Origin: Podarcis vaucheri
Taxonomy: Eukaryota
Strand: one strand, 5' to 3'
DNA: 64,000 nt
Assembly: GCA_965113315.1 (NCBI GenBank)
Contig: OZ220377.1
The first letter of the stretch is position 1, and each line of letters starts with the position of its first letter. The translations under genes were made by a program, and so were the position numbers. Below the pieces are notes generated by a model. It was given only the letters and a program-made list of their open reading frames with translations. It was not told the DNA's origin and did no database searches. Positions 40,086-51,345 of the stretch are shown in pieces.

Positions 40086-40330
40086 CAGTGGTGCCTCGCA
40101 AGACAAAATTAATCCGTTCCGCGAGTCTCTTCGTCTTGTGGTTTTTTTGTCTTGCGAAGCACGGCTATTAGCGGCTTAGCGGCTTTAAGAAAAAGGAAAC
40201 GAACTCGCAAGAACTCGCAAGACGTTTCGTCTTGCGAAGCAAGCCCATAGGGAAATTCGTCTTGCGGAACGACTCAAAAGACGGAAAACTCTTTCGTCTT
40301 GCGAGGCATTCGTCTTGCGAGGTACCACTG
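40086..40330. mobile_element. Tigger/pogo-like MITE with internal cgtcttgcg repeats
   Basis: TIRs cagtggtgcctcgcaagac / gtcttgcgaggtaccactg; TA TSD. Confidence 0.92.
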
Positions 40331-40400
40331 TACTCCTAAGGTGGTTTGGGCCTCTCAGCAAGTTTCCAACCCTGTTGGCCACTAGTGTTGCTATGATTGC

Positions 40401-40529
40401 TTAGAGCATCGTGCGGATAATGCCAAGGTTGCAGGTTTGATCCCCGTCTGGGACAGCTGCCTATTCCTGCATTGCAGGGGGTTGGACTAGATGATCCTCA
40501 GGGTCCCTTCCAACTCTATGATTCTGTGA
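40401..40529 (+). mobile_element. Short SINE: tRNA-Ile-like head with CR1-type tail (Squam3-like)
   Basis: ttagagc..ataatgccaaggttgcaggtttgatcccc head followed by ggggttggactagatga..ccaactctatgattct. Confidence 0.8.
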
Positions 40530-40934
40530 ATTAGACCCTGGTTCATGGGCCCTTCTACACACAGCTGAGCATTTCTTTCTTTCTAGGATTCTTCTCCAAG
40601 CTTTTTTGCACAGTGGCAGCAGTGCAGTACCTCATCCATACATTATAGATTGGGGGGGGCGGGTAGGAAGGGTATAGGTGTAATAGCAGGCATCAATAAT
40701 CTTACTACATGTGTGTTGCTAGTTCGGCGCTCATGCTGAGTTGCATTGGGGCTGTGCAAGAGGGAATGCCAACAGCTTTGTACCCTTTTGGACACCAGGG
40801 AAGTATCACATTTTCCCAGCTAAAAAATGTTATGCTATTTCTGCTCAGAAAATGCCCACAGTGTAAGTCCAACATCAGTGGTATAGATAAGACTGTGTGC
40901 AACAAATGCCTAATAAGTTTGCATTTATTGGACA

Positions 40935-41296
40935 ATAATAATATTATAATAATTTATTTATTATACCCCACCCATCTGGCCAGGTTGCCCCAGCCACTCT
41001 GGGCGGCTTTGAACAAAAATACAGGAAAAACAGCAATAAAACAACACCAGCAAACAATAAAGCTTCCTGAAACAGAGCTGCCTTCTGATGTTGCCGAAAA
41101 ATTATACAGTTGTTTGTCTTATTGACATCTGCCAGGAGCGCTTTCCACAGGGCGGGTGCAACTACCAAAAAGCCCTTCTGTCTGATTCCCTGTAGTTTCA
41201 CTTCTCACAGTGAGGGAACCACCAGAAGGCCCTTAGATGTGGACCTCAGTGTCCAGGCTGAACGATGGGGGTGGAGATGCTTCTTCAGGTATACAG
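40935..41296 (-). mobile_element. L2 LINE 3' end
   Basis: ORF 40944..41201 GFLVVAPALWKALLADV..FRQHQKAALF; gggtataataaataaa tail. Confidence 0.8.
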
Positions 41297-42188
41297 ACGT
41301 GTGTGGAGAGGTAATTGATCAGAATCTTTGGGTGGTGGATGAGTGCATATGTGAAAGGCCCTGTGTTATTCTTCTAGAAAAAGAGGTTCCAGAACGCACC
41401 ATGAACACTCCCCTGGTTCTCTTATGGCAGTGGTGCCCACCTGGGAGGTTCCAGAATTGAGTCTCGTGCTCAGAGTAGCAGTCCATTTGCATACGGCTCT
41501 GGACGCTCCCCAAGGCATGCAGGGCTTCAGGTTACTTAACCCATGAGGCAGTCCCCATCCATGAAGCATTCCTATTCTCAAGTCCTGGGTCTGCAGCTGA
41601 ACCAGAGTGTCAAGGCAGCGTGGAGTTCTGCTGGAATGCCCAGCACGCCTTGCTTCTCATCAGGTTCAAACTCTGGGAGGGGCTGAACCCTGACAGCTGC
41701 TGATCCCAGTTGCCTGGCTTTTCTCATCCCATGTGCCCCACATGCTGCTGATAAAATTTGGGACATGGGCCTTGTGCCTCTTTCCCAAAGCCCTGTAAAC
41801 TTCTGCCCAACTTAGGGAAGGAGGTGCTATGTTCTGACAGGGTGTGAGAGCCCTCCTGCCTCCTTCCCCAAACCCCGTATGTGCTTGCTGGCTTTGGGAA
41901 GGAGGCAGGAGGGCTCTAGGAGCCTGTCAGAGCCTCGTGCCTCCTTCCCAAAAGCCAGGAAGCGTTCCTTCACAATGTTGCTGCCATTGCAGGAGCTGCT
42001 TGCATGAGCCCCATCCACAGCCAGTTGAGAAATTGGCGTGCCCCAGGACAAAGAGCTGGAGGCACCTTCAAGGAAAGCATGGCTGTCCTTGAAAAATCAG
42101 GGCACTTGGAAGGTTTGCAATCCAAGTGGCCTACCAGAAGCAGGAAGCAATTATTTTCATTTGCAGTGAGTAAAGGTTTTGATATGCT

Positions 42189-42193
<5 letters not shown>

Positions 42194-42233
<40 letters not shown>
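42194..42233 (+). repeat. (TAT)n microsatellite
   Basis: Direct reading of the sequence. Confidence 0.97.
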
Positions 42234-42234
<1 letters not shown>

Positions 42235-44239
42235 CTTCTTCTTCCTTTTGTGATTTATATAATATGTGGTAGGATTACTATTTATTTTGAGAGTAGGCAT
42301 TAGATGGAGTTTCTGCTAAGAAGTGCAGGAACAGAAGCCCGCTGTACTGTGTTTGTGTATCTGTTCTCCCCCATCTCATTCTTAGCTTTTTATATATATC
42401 CTTCACTCTAAAGAAAGTTTTGTTGGAGTTCATGCTGCCTCTTGAGTGAAGCTTGAGTGTGACTCTCTTCTCCATTAGTACTGTCAAATCCCTGTTCTGA
42501 GGATTTTCTCCCACTCTGTATAGATTTCCAAATGTCATGAAATATGACTCTAAAAGAAGATGTGTCTCTTCTCTGAGCTCAATCATTTTGTCCCTTACCA
42601 TTCATTGTCTTCTTCTTTTTTCCTTTTTTTGAATCTTTAAATAGCTTTAAGGAGGATTTTTTATTAAAAACTAAGCTGGTTGATGTGCTGTGATGATACT
42701 TTCAGACACAAATGTTTCAAGTAGCTTAGTCCTAATAATAATAATAATTATAATGATCATCCAAACAATGGTAATATATTTGTTATGAATGCCATGTTGG
42801 ATATTTTCTGGCATCACACCACCCTAGTCATAACATAGCAGATTTCACTTGGTTTGTCAGGAAAGGGTCCCTATGTTCTAGTATGATTTTCTTCTCTCTT
42901 AAACATCAGCGAACACCCTGTGGAAATCAGTATATGGCTTGTAGAGCGCTGTGGAAGGAACAGGTATGTTTGATAAGTTCTGAGATTCTAGAAAAATCAT
43001 GGGTGTCTCATTTATTTTTCACAAAATTAGCCATCAGTTTTTTCTTCAGTGGGCATAATACAACATTTGCATGACTTGAACGTAAGTTAGGTTTCAGGAG
43101 CAGTCAGCAGGAAGGGCCACTGGCTTACCAGGAGGGAGAACAGCAAGGTGGCAGAGAGGGCGGCACACTATAAACACACCAGAGGGACTGATGCCAGACT
43201 GGCTCCACCAAGATGTTCATACTGTGGCACCCTCCCCACCGCCTTGCCCCTCTTCCTACCCAAAAGCCATAGCAAAGTCCCTGCCAGGAGGCCAGGTAAG
43301 CATTTCTGCCCCTCCCCATGGACCACTCCTATTAGGTGGGTTGGATTTATGTATCACTCCCTACAATGAAAGCATCCCAACATGAAAAAATACAGTAATG
43401 AAACATAGACATTAAAAACATCCAAAGTAAAAACATCCAGTTATAGGTGCTGCCCAAAGACCCAGAAAAACAAAAACCTATTGGTCTGGTGCCAAAATGA
43501 TGATGGGCCTCCCTCAGGAGAGCATCCCAAGACAAAGAACGACTCGGGAAAGCTTGTTCTCTCATCACCACCCTCTGGGCCTCCATCAGAAGTGCCATAT
43601 GGAAAGGGGCCTTTGGGAGGAAGTGATCCTGTAGTAATAGGGGGCCTGAGCTGTATAAGGTTTTAAAAATCAAAACCAGCACTTTGATTGGGCCTGGAAA
43701 CAAATTAGCAGCCAGTACAGTTAAGCTAGAACCAGTATTGCATGTTTATGCTTTCTTGTCTCAATTAACAATCACCATATTCTGCACTAACAGTAGGTTC
43801 CAGATCATCTTCAAAGGCAACCCCACATGTAACTCATTGCAGCAGTCTAACCTGCAGTTTACTAGAGCATAGATCACTGAAGCCACGCTATTCCCATGCA
43901 CATAGGATTGCAGCTAGACTACCAGTAAAAATTGATAGGAGGCTACTGGCACTTTCTATGACATTGTTGGATGCAAGGTACTTCCAGGCTGCATATCTGC
44001 TTCTTCAAGGGGTGTATAACCCCATTCAGAACAGGAAGCATTCCATACTGAGGAACCACCCACTAAGAGTGGCTCAATTGACCTTCAATTTATTGGCTTT
44101 CATTCAGTCCTTTACTAAGGCCAGGCACCAGTCTCAGCACATCCCTTGCCTCACCTGCTTGAGCTGCTAAGAAATAGTATTGTGTGTCATCAGCATGCTG
44201 AAGACAATGAACTCTAAAACTCCCAGTGTCCATACTGAG

Positions 44240-44487
44240 AAGAAGAAGAAGAAGAGTTTGGATTTGATATCCCGCCTTTCACTCCCCTTCAGGAGTCTCA
44301 AAGCGGCTAACATTCTCCTTTCCCTTCCTCCCCCACAACAAACACTCTGTGAGGTGAGTGGGGCTGAGAGACTTCACAGAAGTGTGACTGGCCCAAGGTC
44401 ACCCAGCAGCTGCATGTGGAGGAGCGGAGACGCGAACCCGGTTACCCAGGTTACGAGACTACCGCTCTTAACCACTACACCACACTG
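44240..44487 (-). mobile_element. tRNA-derived SINE (Squam2-like)
   Basis: Near-identical to 187-431; flanked by actgag on both sides. Confidence 0.87.
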
Positions 44488-45494
44488 AGCAGTTTTATGT
44501 AGATATTGAGCAGATTGGGGGATAAAATTGAACCTGAGAAACCTCACACCTGAGGTTCCATGGGGCCAAGCAAAATCTTCTAAGCAGCAACGTCTGGAGA
44601 CGACCATCCATGGAGGAGCACAACCACTGCAAAGCAATACCCTCTATTCCCATCTTAGATCATCTCCCATGACTGATGGTATCAAAGGCCACAAAGACGT
44701 CAAGAAAAATCAGCAGGGGCATACTTCACCTGTCCCTCTCGCAATCTTGGTGCCTAAATGCAATTGAAATGGATCTGTAAAACAGTCCCATCCAAGGGAA
44801 TCTAAAGTTGATCAGTGACTGCCTGGTCCAAAACATTATTCAAGGAGATATATGTAATTGGCATAGATTTGTTCAAGTCTTCTGGGTCCAAGGAGGCTTT
44901 TAAAAGGAGAGGTTTTACTGCTGCCTCTTTCAGACAGCCTGGAATCACTCTCTCTCCTAGAGACGCATTAATATTTGCCCCTACTGGACAGAGGCGCTGA
45001 TTGGACCCCACACTGTGGGTGCCCAATGTCGTGGTGTGCGCCGATGTATTACATTGCGACATGTGATGTGATGATGTCATGTCACATGGCACCATAATGG
45101 CGGTGCTGCTTGTACGCTTTGGCGCAGTGGTGGCAACTAGCAGAGCTGCAGGCCCCGGTCCAGTTGCTGCCACCTGCCTCCTCTGCGCAAAGGAGGCCAC
45201 AGAAATGGCAGCAGTGTGGCCGCTGTGGGTGGTGAGCAGAGGTGGCTGTGCATGATAGGCAGTGTGCGGAGGTGGCCATGGAGGCAGTAGGGGGTGGAGG
45301 CAGCTGGGCACCCAGGGCACCCACAGAAAAAAAATATGGGACCTGGGGTAACCCACACCCATCAAAGTGCCATATTATTGTATCAATATCCCCAAGCCTT
45401 ATCAACTGAAATTCAGCCACTAAAACTTGAATAGACAATGCTCTGGATACTGCTGGAAACTGTCCTGCTATAATATTGCAGTCCAGATCCCAAT

Positions 45495-45828
45495 AAACTA
45501 ACAGGAAGAATTCGAAACCGGCGGGACCAGAAATTCACGGAAGACTGGAGTAAATTTATGGACTATTTGAAAAGTATTTGTGAAGATCAGACAACGTTTG
45601 TAGGTTTGCAAGAAGTTTTGTGAGGAGTACTACTAGAAGTATTGCAAAAATGGATAAGGGGAAGGATAATTTGTTAAGAGACTTAAAGGCAATATAAAGT
45701 TAAGAAATGTATAAGAAGTAGATAAAACGGTGGATCATCAGAGGTGCTGATGGAAGTCTAAAAAGATTGTATAAGTGATAAGTTTTGTGGTACATTTTAT
45801 AATTTATCTGTTAAAATCAATAAAAATT

Positions 45829-45877
<49 letters not shown>
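45495..45877 (+). mobile_element. L1-clade 3' fragment with AATAAA and (TA)n tail
   Basis: Reads KLTGRIRNRRDQKFTEDWSKFMDYLK, homologous to ORF 15137..15520. 22-bp TSD atattgcagtccagatcccaat at 45473-94 and 46436-57. Confidence 0.88.
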
Positions 45878-45879
<2 letters not shown>

Positions 45880-45961
45880 TTTCGTAGATTTTCACGGGTA
45901 CAGGAATGCAGGTTTTGGTGTCTTTGGGTGTCTTCCCGTGTAAGAGTCGGGGTGTCTGGGC

Positions 45962-45995
45962 GACGTTTCGACGAGGTCTCACTCGTCATCTTCAG
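45962..45995 (-). ncRNA. Minimal hammerhead-ribozyme motif (identical antisense copy)
   Basis: Exact reverse complement of 46336-46369. Confidence 0.7.
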
Positions 45996-46335
45996 GCTGG
46001 TGCTTTCGGCTTCTTGTTACTGGAACAGAGCAGAATCTGGTGTTTGAGTTCCTATAAATACTGTTGAGGGGTGTGGTGTATAGCCTCCAACGTTCTGGGC
46101 AGAGAGGAAGTTCCTAGATTAGTGTGCCTTTTCTTCTTCAGAATATCACTCATGAAATCACTCAAGATATCCCTCAAGTAATTAAGGAACAAAAGAAGAA
46201 AAGGCACACTAATCTAGGAACTTCCTCTCTGCCCAGAACGTTGGAGGCTATACACCACACCCCTCAACAGTATTTATAGGAACTCAAACACCAGATTCTG
46301 CTCTGTTCCAGTAACAAGAAGCCGAAAGCACCAGC

Positions 46336-46369
46336 CTGAAGATGACGAGTGAGACCTCGTCGAAACGTC
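46336..46369 (+). ncRNA. Minimal hammerhead-ribozyme motif (Penelope type)
   Basis: CUGAAGA-U-[GACGAG ugagac CUCGUC]-GAAA-CG-UC: both conserved boxes, a 6-bp stem II, a palindromic ACGU in place of stem III. Only about 2 bp of stem I is evident. Confidence 0.7.
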
Positions 46370-47425
46370 GCCCAGACACCCCGACTCTTACACGGGAAGA
46401 CACCCGAAGACACCAAAACCTGCATATATATATATATATTGCAGTCCAGATCCCAATGGTTGCAAGCGATTTTATCCTCAAAATGACTTGCAAGTAAATC
46501 ACAGTGGGCTATTGAGGGTTCCTCCACCACCTTTGGGCCAGAATGTAAGAGACCCTCTAAAGCTGTGCTGGACGAAGGACATAACAGAGGCAGAGACGTA
46601 AGTCTTCACTGCGATCACCACCACAAAGTAGGTTCAACAATGGGCATACACCTGTTATATCTGTCTTTGGACCTGCTTCACTGTCCTCAGTGCATTAGAT
46701 CAGGAGAAGAACGCTCCTCTCCCAAGTGTCAGTGGTCCAATGAAATTCAGAGCCTCCTGCGCCTGTCTTAAAATTAAGAAAACATGGAGAGATCTGATCT
46801 TGGATCTCCTGCATAACATGTGGTTTGAATTTCAGGACTGCATCAGGGTGGCATTCAGAATCCAACCTGTAGCTGCTTGATAGCCAGGGAGGCCTCCCAC
46901 AGCTGGGTCCATTATTTATTGATTATTAAAAGAATGTCTTGCTCTATCCTTTAGTTCAAAGCACTGTTTTAACATTTATGTTAAAATTGTTAGCATCATA
47001 AAAACAAATGCAATTGAAACAGAACCATCAGTTTAAACATTACCTGCAAAAACAACTACAGAGGCCAAAATAAGCACATTTGAAAGCAGGTAAGCAGCAA
47101 CAATGTAAACAGAAGGCCTGTTGAAACAGGAAGGATTTATGAGTCTTACTGAATGCCTGCGGCTACAGAACTAATTAATATATAGGAGGCAATTCCATGA
47201 TAAAAGGACCACCATTGCAAAGGCCTTGCTCTAGCAACCCACAGACCTAAATACCTCCAGGAATGGGATACAAGCCAGAATTTCACTCACTCATCTTAAG
47301 AGGGATGGGGGAAGTATTATGAATAGTGCTATTCTTTGAGGTGTGCTAGTTGCAGCCTATGGAGGAATCTAATGGCTAAAGACAATACTAGGGTGTCTAG
47401 AATTGGACAGTAAGTAATCATAGCA

Positions 47426-47570
47426 ATCATAGAATTGTAGAGCTGGAATGGTCGCTGAGAATCATCTAGTCCAAGCCCCTGCAATGCAGGAATAGGCAGC
47501 TGCCCCATATGGGGATCGAACCTGCAACCTTGGCGTTATCATCACCATGCTCTAAAACAACTGAGCTATG
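47426..47570 (-). mobile_element. Short SINE: tRNA-Ile-like head with CR1-type tail (Squam3-like)
   Basis: Minus: tagctcagttg..agagcatggtgatgataacgccaaggttgcaggttcgatcccc...ttggactagatga..ctacaattctatgatt. Confidence 0.85.
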
Positions 47571-47763
47571 CTTTCAGGTGAAAGCCAGTGTGGTGTACAG
47601 GGTAGAGTGCTAGATTTAAACTGGAGAAATCTGAGTTCAAATCTTCATTTTACCACAAAGCTTACACATTGGTCTTGGGGTAGCTCTGAGCCTAACCTTA
47701 CCTCTCATAGTTGCTCAAATGGTTAGTTCAAATGGCAAGTGGGGCTTGTATGCAGGCCTGAGC

Positions 47764-49260
47764 TTTTTTCTTGTTCATTTAAAAATCGTTTATTTGCCAA
47801 ACATTCTCATAATCTTAAAAACCATAAAATAACATACCATGTGCTCCTATCTCATTAAAAGGAAGGAGTACATTATATTTGCAACAATTTTAAAGGTTAA
47901 AATGTATACTTCTATTCCAAACTATGTTACCCACCCCAAACGCATGTGCCTCACTACCTGTGTGTTCAATAAAATTGTCCCATGCTGCATAGAAGTTATC
48001 ATTTTTCTTTTGGTCTCTTGCTACCCGCAGTTTCCAGGTTAGGTTTTCCAACAAAGCTGTCTGCCAGACTGCTTCATACCACTTATCTATGGTTAACAGT
48101 TGCAATGTTTTCCATGTTCTGGCTATGGTCGTTATAAAGTATAAGAACTTTATTTCTAATTCTTGGTGAGTCCTGGCTGTACAAATTAAGCAATTCCAGT
48201 CCTGGGGACTGTCTGTCTTGTAATGAAAGATATATCTGCAAAGACATTTCCCTAGAATTTTTCTATTTTTGAACACTCCCACCACATATGTCTGCATGTC
48301 CCGATAGTGGGACACCCTCTCCAACACATAGGAGAGCTGTTGGGTTTTATATAAGCTAGAGGTCTAGGTATTAAATGTGCTATTTTGTGCTATTTTGAGG
48401 GCTCTTTCTCTTGTCGTTGCCAAAATAGATTTATACAGGCTTTGATCCACAGTCCATTCCATGCATCTTCCTCAATTTCTAAATCCCAATTTGATTCCCA
48501 CCATTCTCTCATACTATTCTGGGAAGAGAAATATGCCTCTGTAGTTGATTTATATAGGGATGATATTAATCCTTTCATTGCTATGTTCTCTAATAATCCA
48601 ATGAATTTTGGGCCAAATCCAAACTTTTTTATCACTTCAATCAAATCAAATACCTGGGTTCTACACAATCAAATTCCTTAAATATATCCAATGATAGACA
48701 GGCTAATGTTGAAGTTATCTGCTTGCTATGATATATTAAGTTCAGTAATTTTCTAATTGGGTCTGTAATTTTGCATCCTGGAACAAACCCTGCTTGGTCC
48801 AGGTGGATGTACCGTAGATTCCGGCGTATTAGGCGACTGGGCATATTAGACGACCCCCCAAATTGGCAGCTGCAATTTGGGGGTTCGTCTTATAAGCCCA
48901 GTTGCCTAATACGCTGGGCAGCTCCACGCCGGGAGAAAGCTGCCCAGAGCGGAGCACGCCGCCCCTGCTGCTGCTTCCAAAGCAGCAGTGGGCGGGCTCC
49001 GCGCCAGGCGGCTCTCTCCCAGTGTGGAGCTGAGTCCGCCACTGCTGCGGCAGCTTCGGAGCTGCCACAGCAACAGCGGGGGGGTGGATACTCGGTGTAT
49101 AAGATGACCCCTGACTTTTTAACCTCTTTTCTAGTGTTAAAAAGTCATCTTATATGCCAGAATTTACGGTATTTCCCAATAAATACAAGGCTCTTTGCTA
49201 AAAAGTATCATAAATATATGAGTCAAATATGCTATTTTCTCCCCAAACAAGGGGAGTCCA
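47764..49260 (-). mobile_element. Degenerate L1-clade ORF2 fragment with internal deletions, split by a MITE
   Basis: YIHLDQAGFVPG..LSLDIFKEFDCVE (RT N-terminus), KFGFGPKF and C-terminal ARTWK..KWYE..WDNF peptides in the ORF track. Confidence 0.8.
48812..49169. mobile_element. Tc1/mariner-type MITE inserted in L1
   Basis: TIRs ccgtagattccggcgtat / atatgccagaatttacgg; TA TSD; CpG-rich. Confidence 0.85.
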
Positions 49261-49460
49261 CTTTTGTTTATGGGCAGTGTTCTCTCTAGAGCACGTCTTC
49301 AACATTTTCAGTCCTGAGACCTGCCTTTAACTTAAACATGTATTTGGGGACCCATTTCTTTTCTTTCCTTCTTTTTACCACTAAGGCAATAGTGTAATTG
49401 TAGCCATTGTAGACCAGACTATGACCCAGTAGGGAATTCCTGCAGACCAGTGCTCCAGAG

Positions 49461-49982
49461 TAGAGCTTCCCTAACTGTGGTCCACAGACATCATTCAGGT
49501 GGCCTGCAATCGTTCTCTGGATTTGTGGTTAAAAATGAGAGATCTATCAAATTAAATATGTATATTGAAATTTTAATTGTGTTTATATTGCTTTCTTATT
49601 TCTTTTATTTCCTTTTATTGTATTACATGAAACAATAAAATACAATAAGAATGATTTTTTAAAACAAAAGCAATAAAAATACATTTAAATTTATGCAGCT
49701 TTTGACAGAACACATTACAAGGCAAAAAACAAACAATTAAAATGTATTTATTTATTTTATTAAAAAATTATACACTGCTTAATTTTTATAAAACCCCAAA
49801 GTGGTTTACAAAAAGATAAAAGAAAAAAAATCAAGAAAAAATGCAACCAAACTTTAAAACATACAAAAGTAAAAATACTAAAAGATGTTAAAATTACTTC
49901 AACTTTCCTTTCAAATTAAATGTTCTACCAACACCCTCAGCAAATTTCAAGTGGTCCATTAGGGGCAGTTTGGCAACTGCTG
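49461..49982. mobile_element. Old hAT-type non-autonomous element
   Basis: 8-bp flanks ctccagag / ctctagag; degenerate TIRs. Confidence 0.5.
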
Positions 49983-50030
49983 CTCTAGAGCATATTGTGG
50001 TGTCAGTGTTACTCCATCAAAGATTTAGAT

Positions 50031-50155
50031 CAGGATGGCCAAACTTGGCCCTCCAGCTGTTTTGGGACTACAACTCCCATCATCCCTAGCTAACAGTACC
50101 GGTGGTCAGGGATGATGGGAACTGTAGTCCCAAAACAGCTGGAGGGCCAAGTTTG
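50031..50155. mobile_element. Short palindromic hAT MITE, right TIR tip missing
   Basis: Same family as 33462; 8-bp TSD atttagat at 50023-30 and 50156-63. Confidence 0.88.
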
Positions 50156-50309
50156 ATTTAGATGAACCCAGCTGTGGATTTCAGACTGACAACCCCTTTC
50201 TAGTTTTTGAAATTATCAGGAATAATTTCTTTTCGCTTATGTGGGGATGAAACGGGAAACAAATGCACATCAGGATGGGAAACTTGACTTTGGTGTCTTA
50301 ATTCAGACC

Positions 50310-50640
50310 CCTTCCTTTTATCTTCGTGAGAGGACAGAAATGTTTCCACCAGGCGTATAAGTGTTGAAGCAGAAGGTGCTGCTGAACCTCTCTTGGCAGA
50401 GCATCCCACAAGAATGGGCCGTTGACACCAAAGGCACAGTTTCCTGTTGTTGTCCAATAAGCCTCACCAACTCAGGGAATGTCCAGCAACGCCCCTGCTG
50501 ACGATATCGCTGATTGAGCTGGGATAAAGATCCAGGCAGCCCCTGAGATACTCTGGATCGAAGCTGATGAGGGATTTGTAAATTAATGCAAGGACTTTGG
50601 ACCTGGCTTGGTAGTAGATGGTCCATAATATGGCTGCACT
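50310..50640 (-). mobile_element. Old L2 fragment
   Basis: ORF 50464..50646 ARSKVLALIYKSL..PEYLRGCL resembles the L2 C-terminus. Confidence 0.6.
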
Positions 50641-51024
50641 TTGCAATAGTTAAGTGTGTGTATGTGTGTGTATAGAATCATCAAGGTTAATATCATCAAT
50701 ATTGATATTGATATTATTAATATAAAGTTGCTAACCTGCAACTTTAATAATATATGGAATTTAAGCTAGCTGCTATATTGCCTTTGACTTTAAATAGGCT
50801 TACATGTGGCTGTTATCCAATCTCCTCCTCACTACACCCCCAAATCCAATCCCAACCATGTACAGTATTTGTCTTTTCTGGTCAGCCAGGTTGGCTCTTT
50901 AATGCACATTGAAAGGACATTGCTTCCCTCAAAGAATCCTGGGAAATGTAGCTCTGTGAGGGGTAGCTGTAACTCTGTAAATCACCATTCAGCTTCTTCT
51001 TTAAAAGTGTTTTGCATAATGTCT

Positions 51025-51345
51025 GAACTGATCCAGAGAGACCAAGAGCGAGCGGCTGCTGCAGTGACGGGACCAGCGGCAGCAAGGCTACCAAAGAGGA
51101 AGCCCAGGCCCTCCTCTTCTTCGCCCTGGCCATCCCAGTTGCCAGCCTGGCTGGTGCTCTGCAGACTGGGCTCCAACGGGATCTCTGCAGCTTCCCCACT
51201 CAGAGGCGGTGACTTAGCCGCCATCTCAACAACCGAGGAGGCAGCTTCACTCTCAGCCTCTGCTGCCTCCTCAGCAGCAGAGGAGGAAGGGGGCAGTGGC
51301 TGCCCCAACCGAGGAGAGTCCACCATGTCACTCAGCTTGGCTCTC
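51025..51345 (-). pseudogene. AEBP2: Orphan fragment resembling AEBP2 exon 1 (N-terminus of the PRC2 cofactor)
   Basis: Colinear matches to remembered AEBP2 sequence: LSDMVD/ITDMAD, RLGQPLPP/RLSPLPP, EAAEAESEA/EAEAEA, EPSLQSTSQAG/EPSPESASQAG, GEEEEGLGFLFGS/GEEESSAESLVGS, RSWSL/RSLSP. Several differences are CpG deaminations. Confidence 0.65.

Larger units (their letters stand above)
45878..46425. mobile_element. Penelope-like element: inverted pseudo-LTR pair inserted in a (TA)n tract
   Basis: Arms 45906-46138 and 46193-46425 are 233-bp reverse complements with one mismatch seen; 54-nt spacer. Left arm has a 28-nt extra tail (minus: ttcctgtacccgtgaaaatctacgaaagc). Hammerhead core in each arm. 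(TA)n on both sides. Confidence 0.85.
43340..46900 (-). mobile_element. Long degenerate L2 LINE hosting nested insertions (boundaries approximate)
   Basis: Colinear minus-strand L2 peptides: CDLLASHFEDKI (about 46500), INASLGERVIPGCLKEAAVKPLLLKASLDPEDL (about 44900), KVLVLIFKTL..RAFP (about 43600). Confidence 0.75.

Noticed and set aside
40086-40330. Regularly spaced short repeats reminiscent of a CRISPR array
   Set aside because: Vertebrate DNA; these are subterminal motifs inside a TA-flanked MITE without unique spacers.
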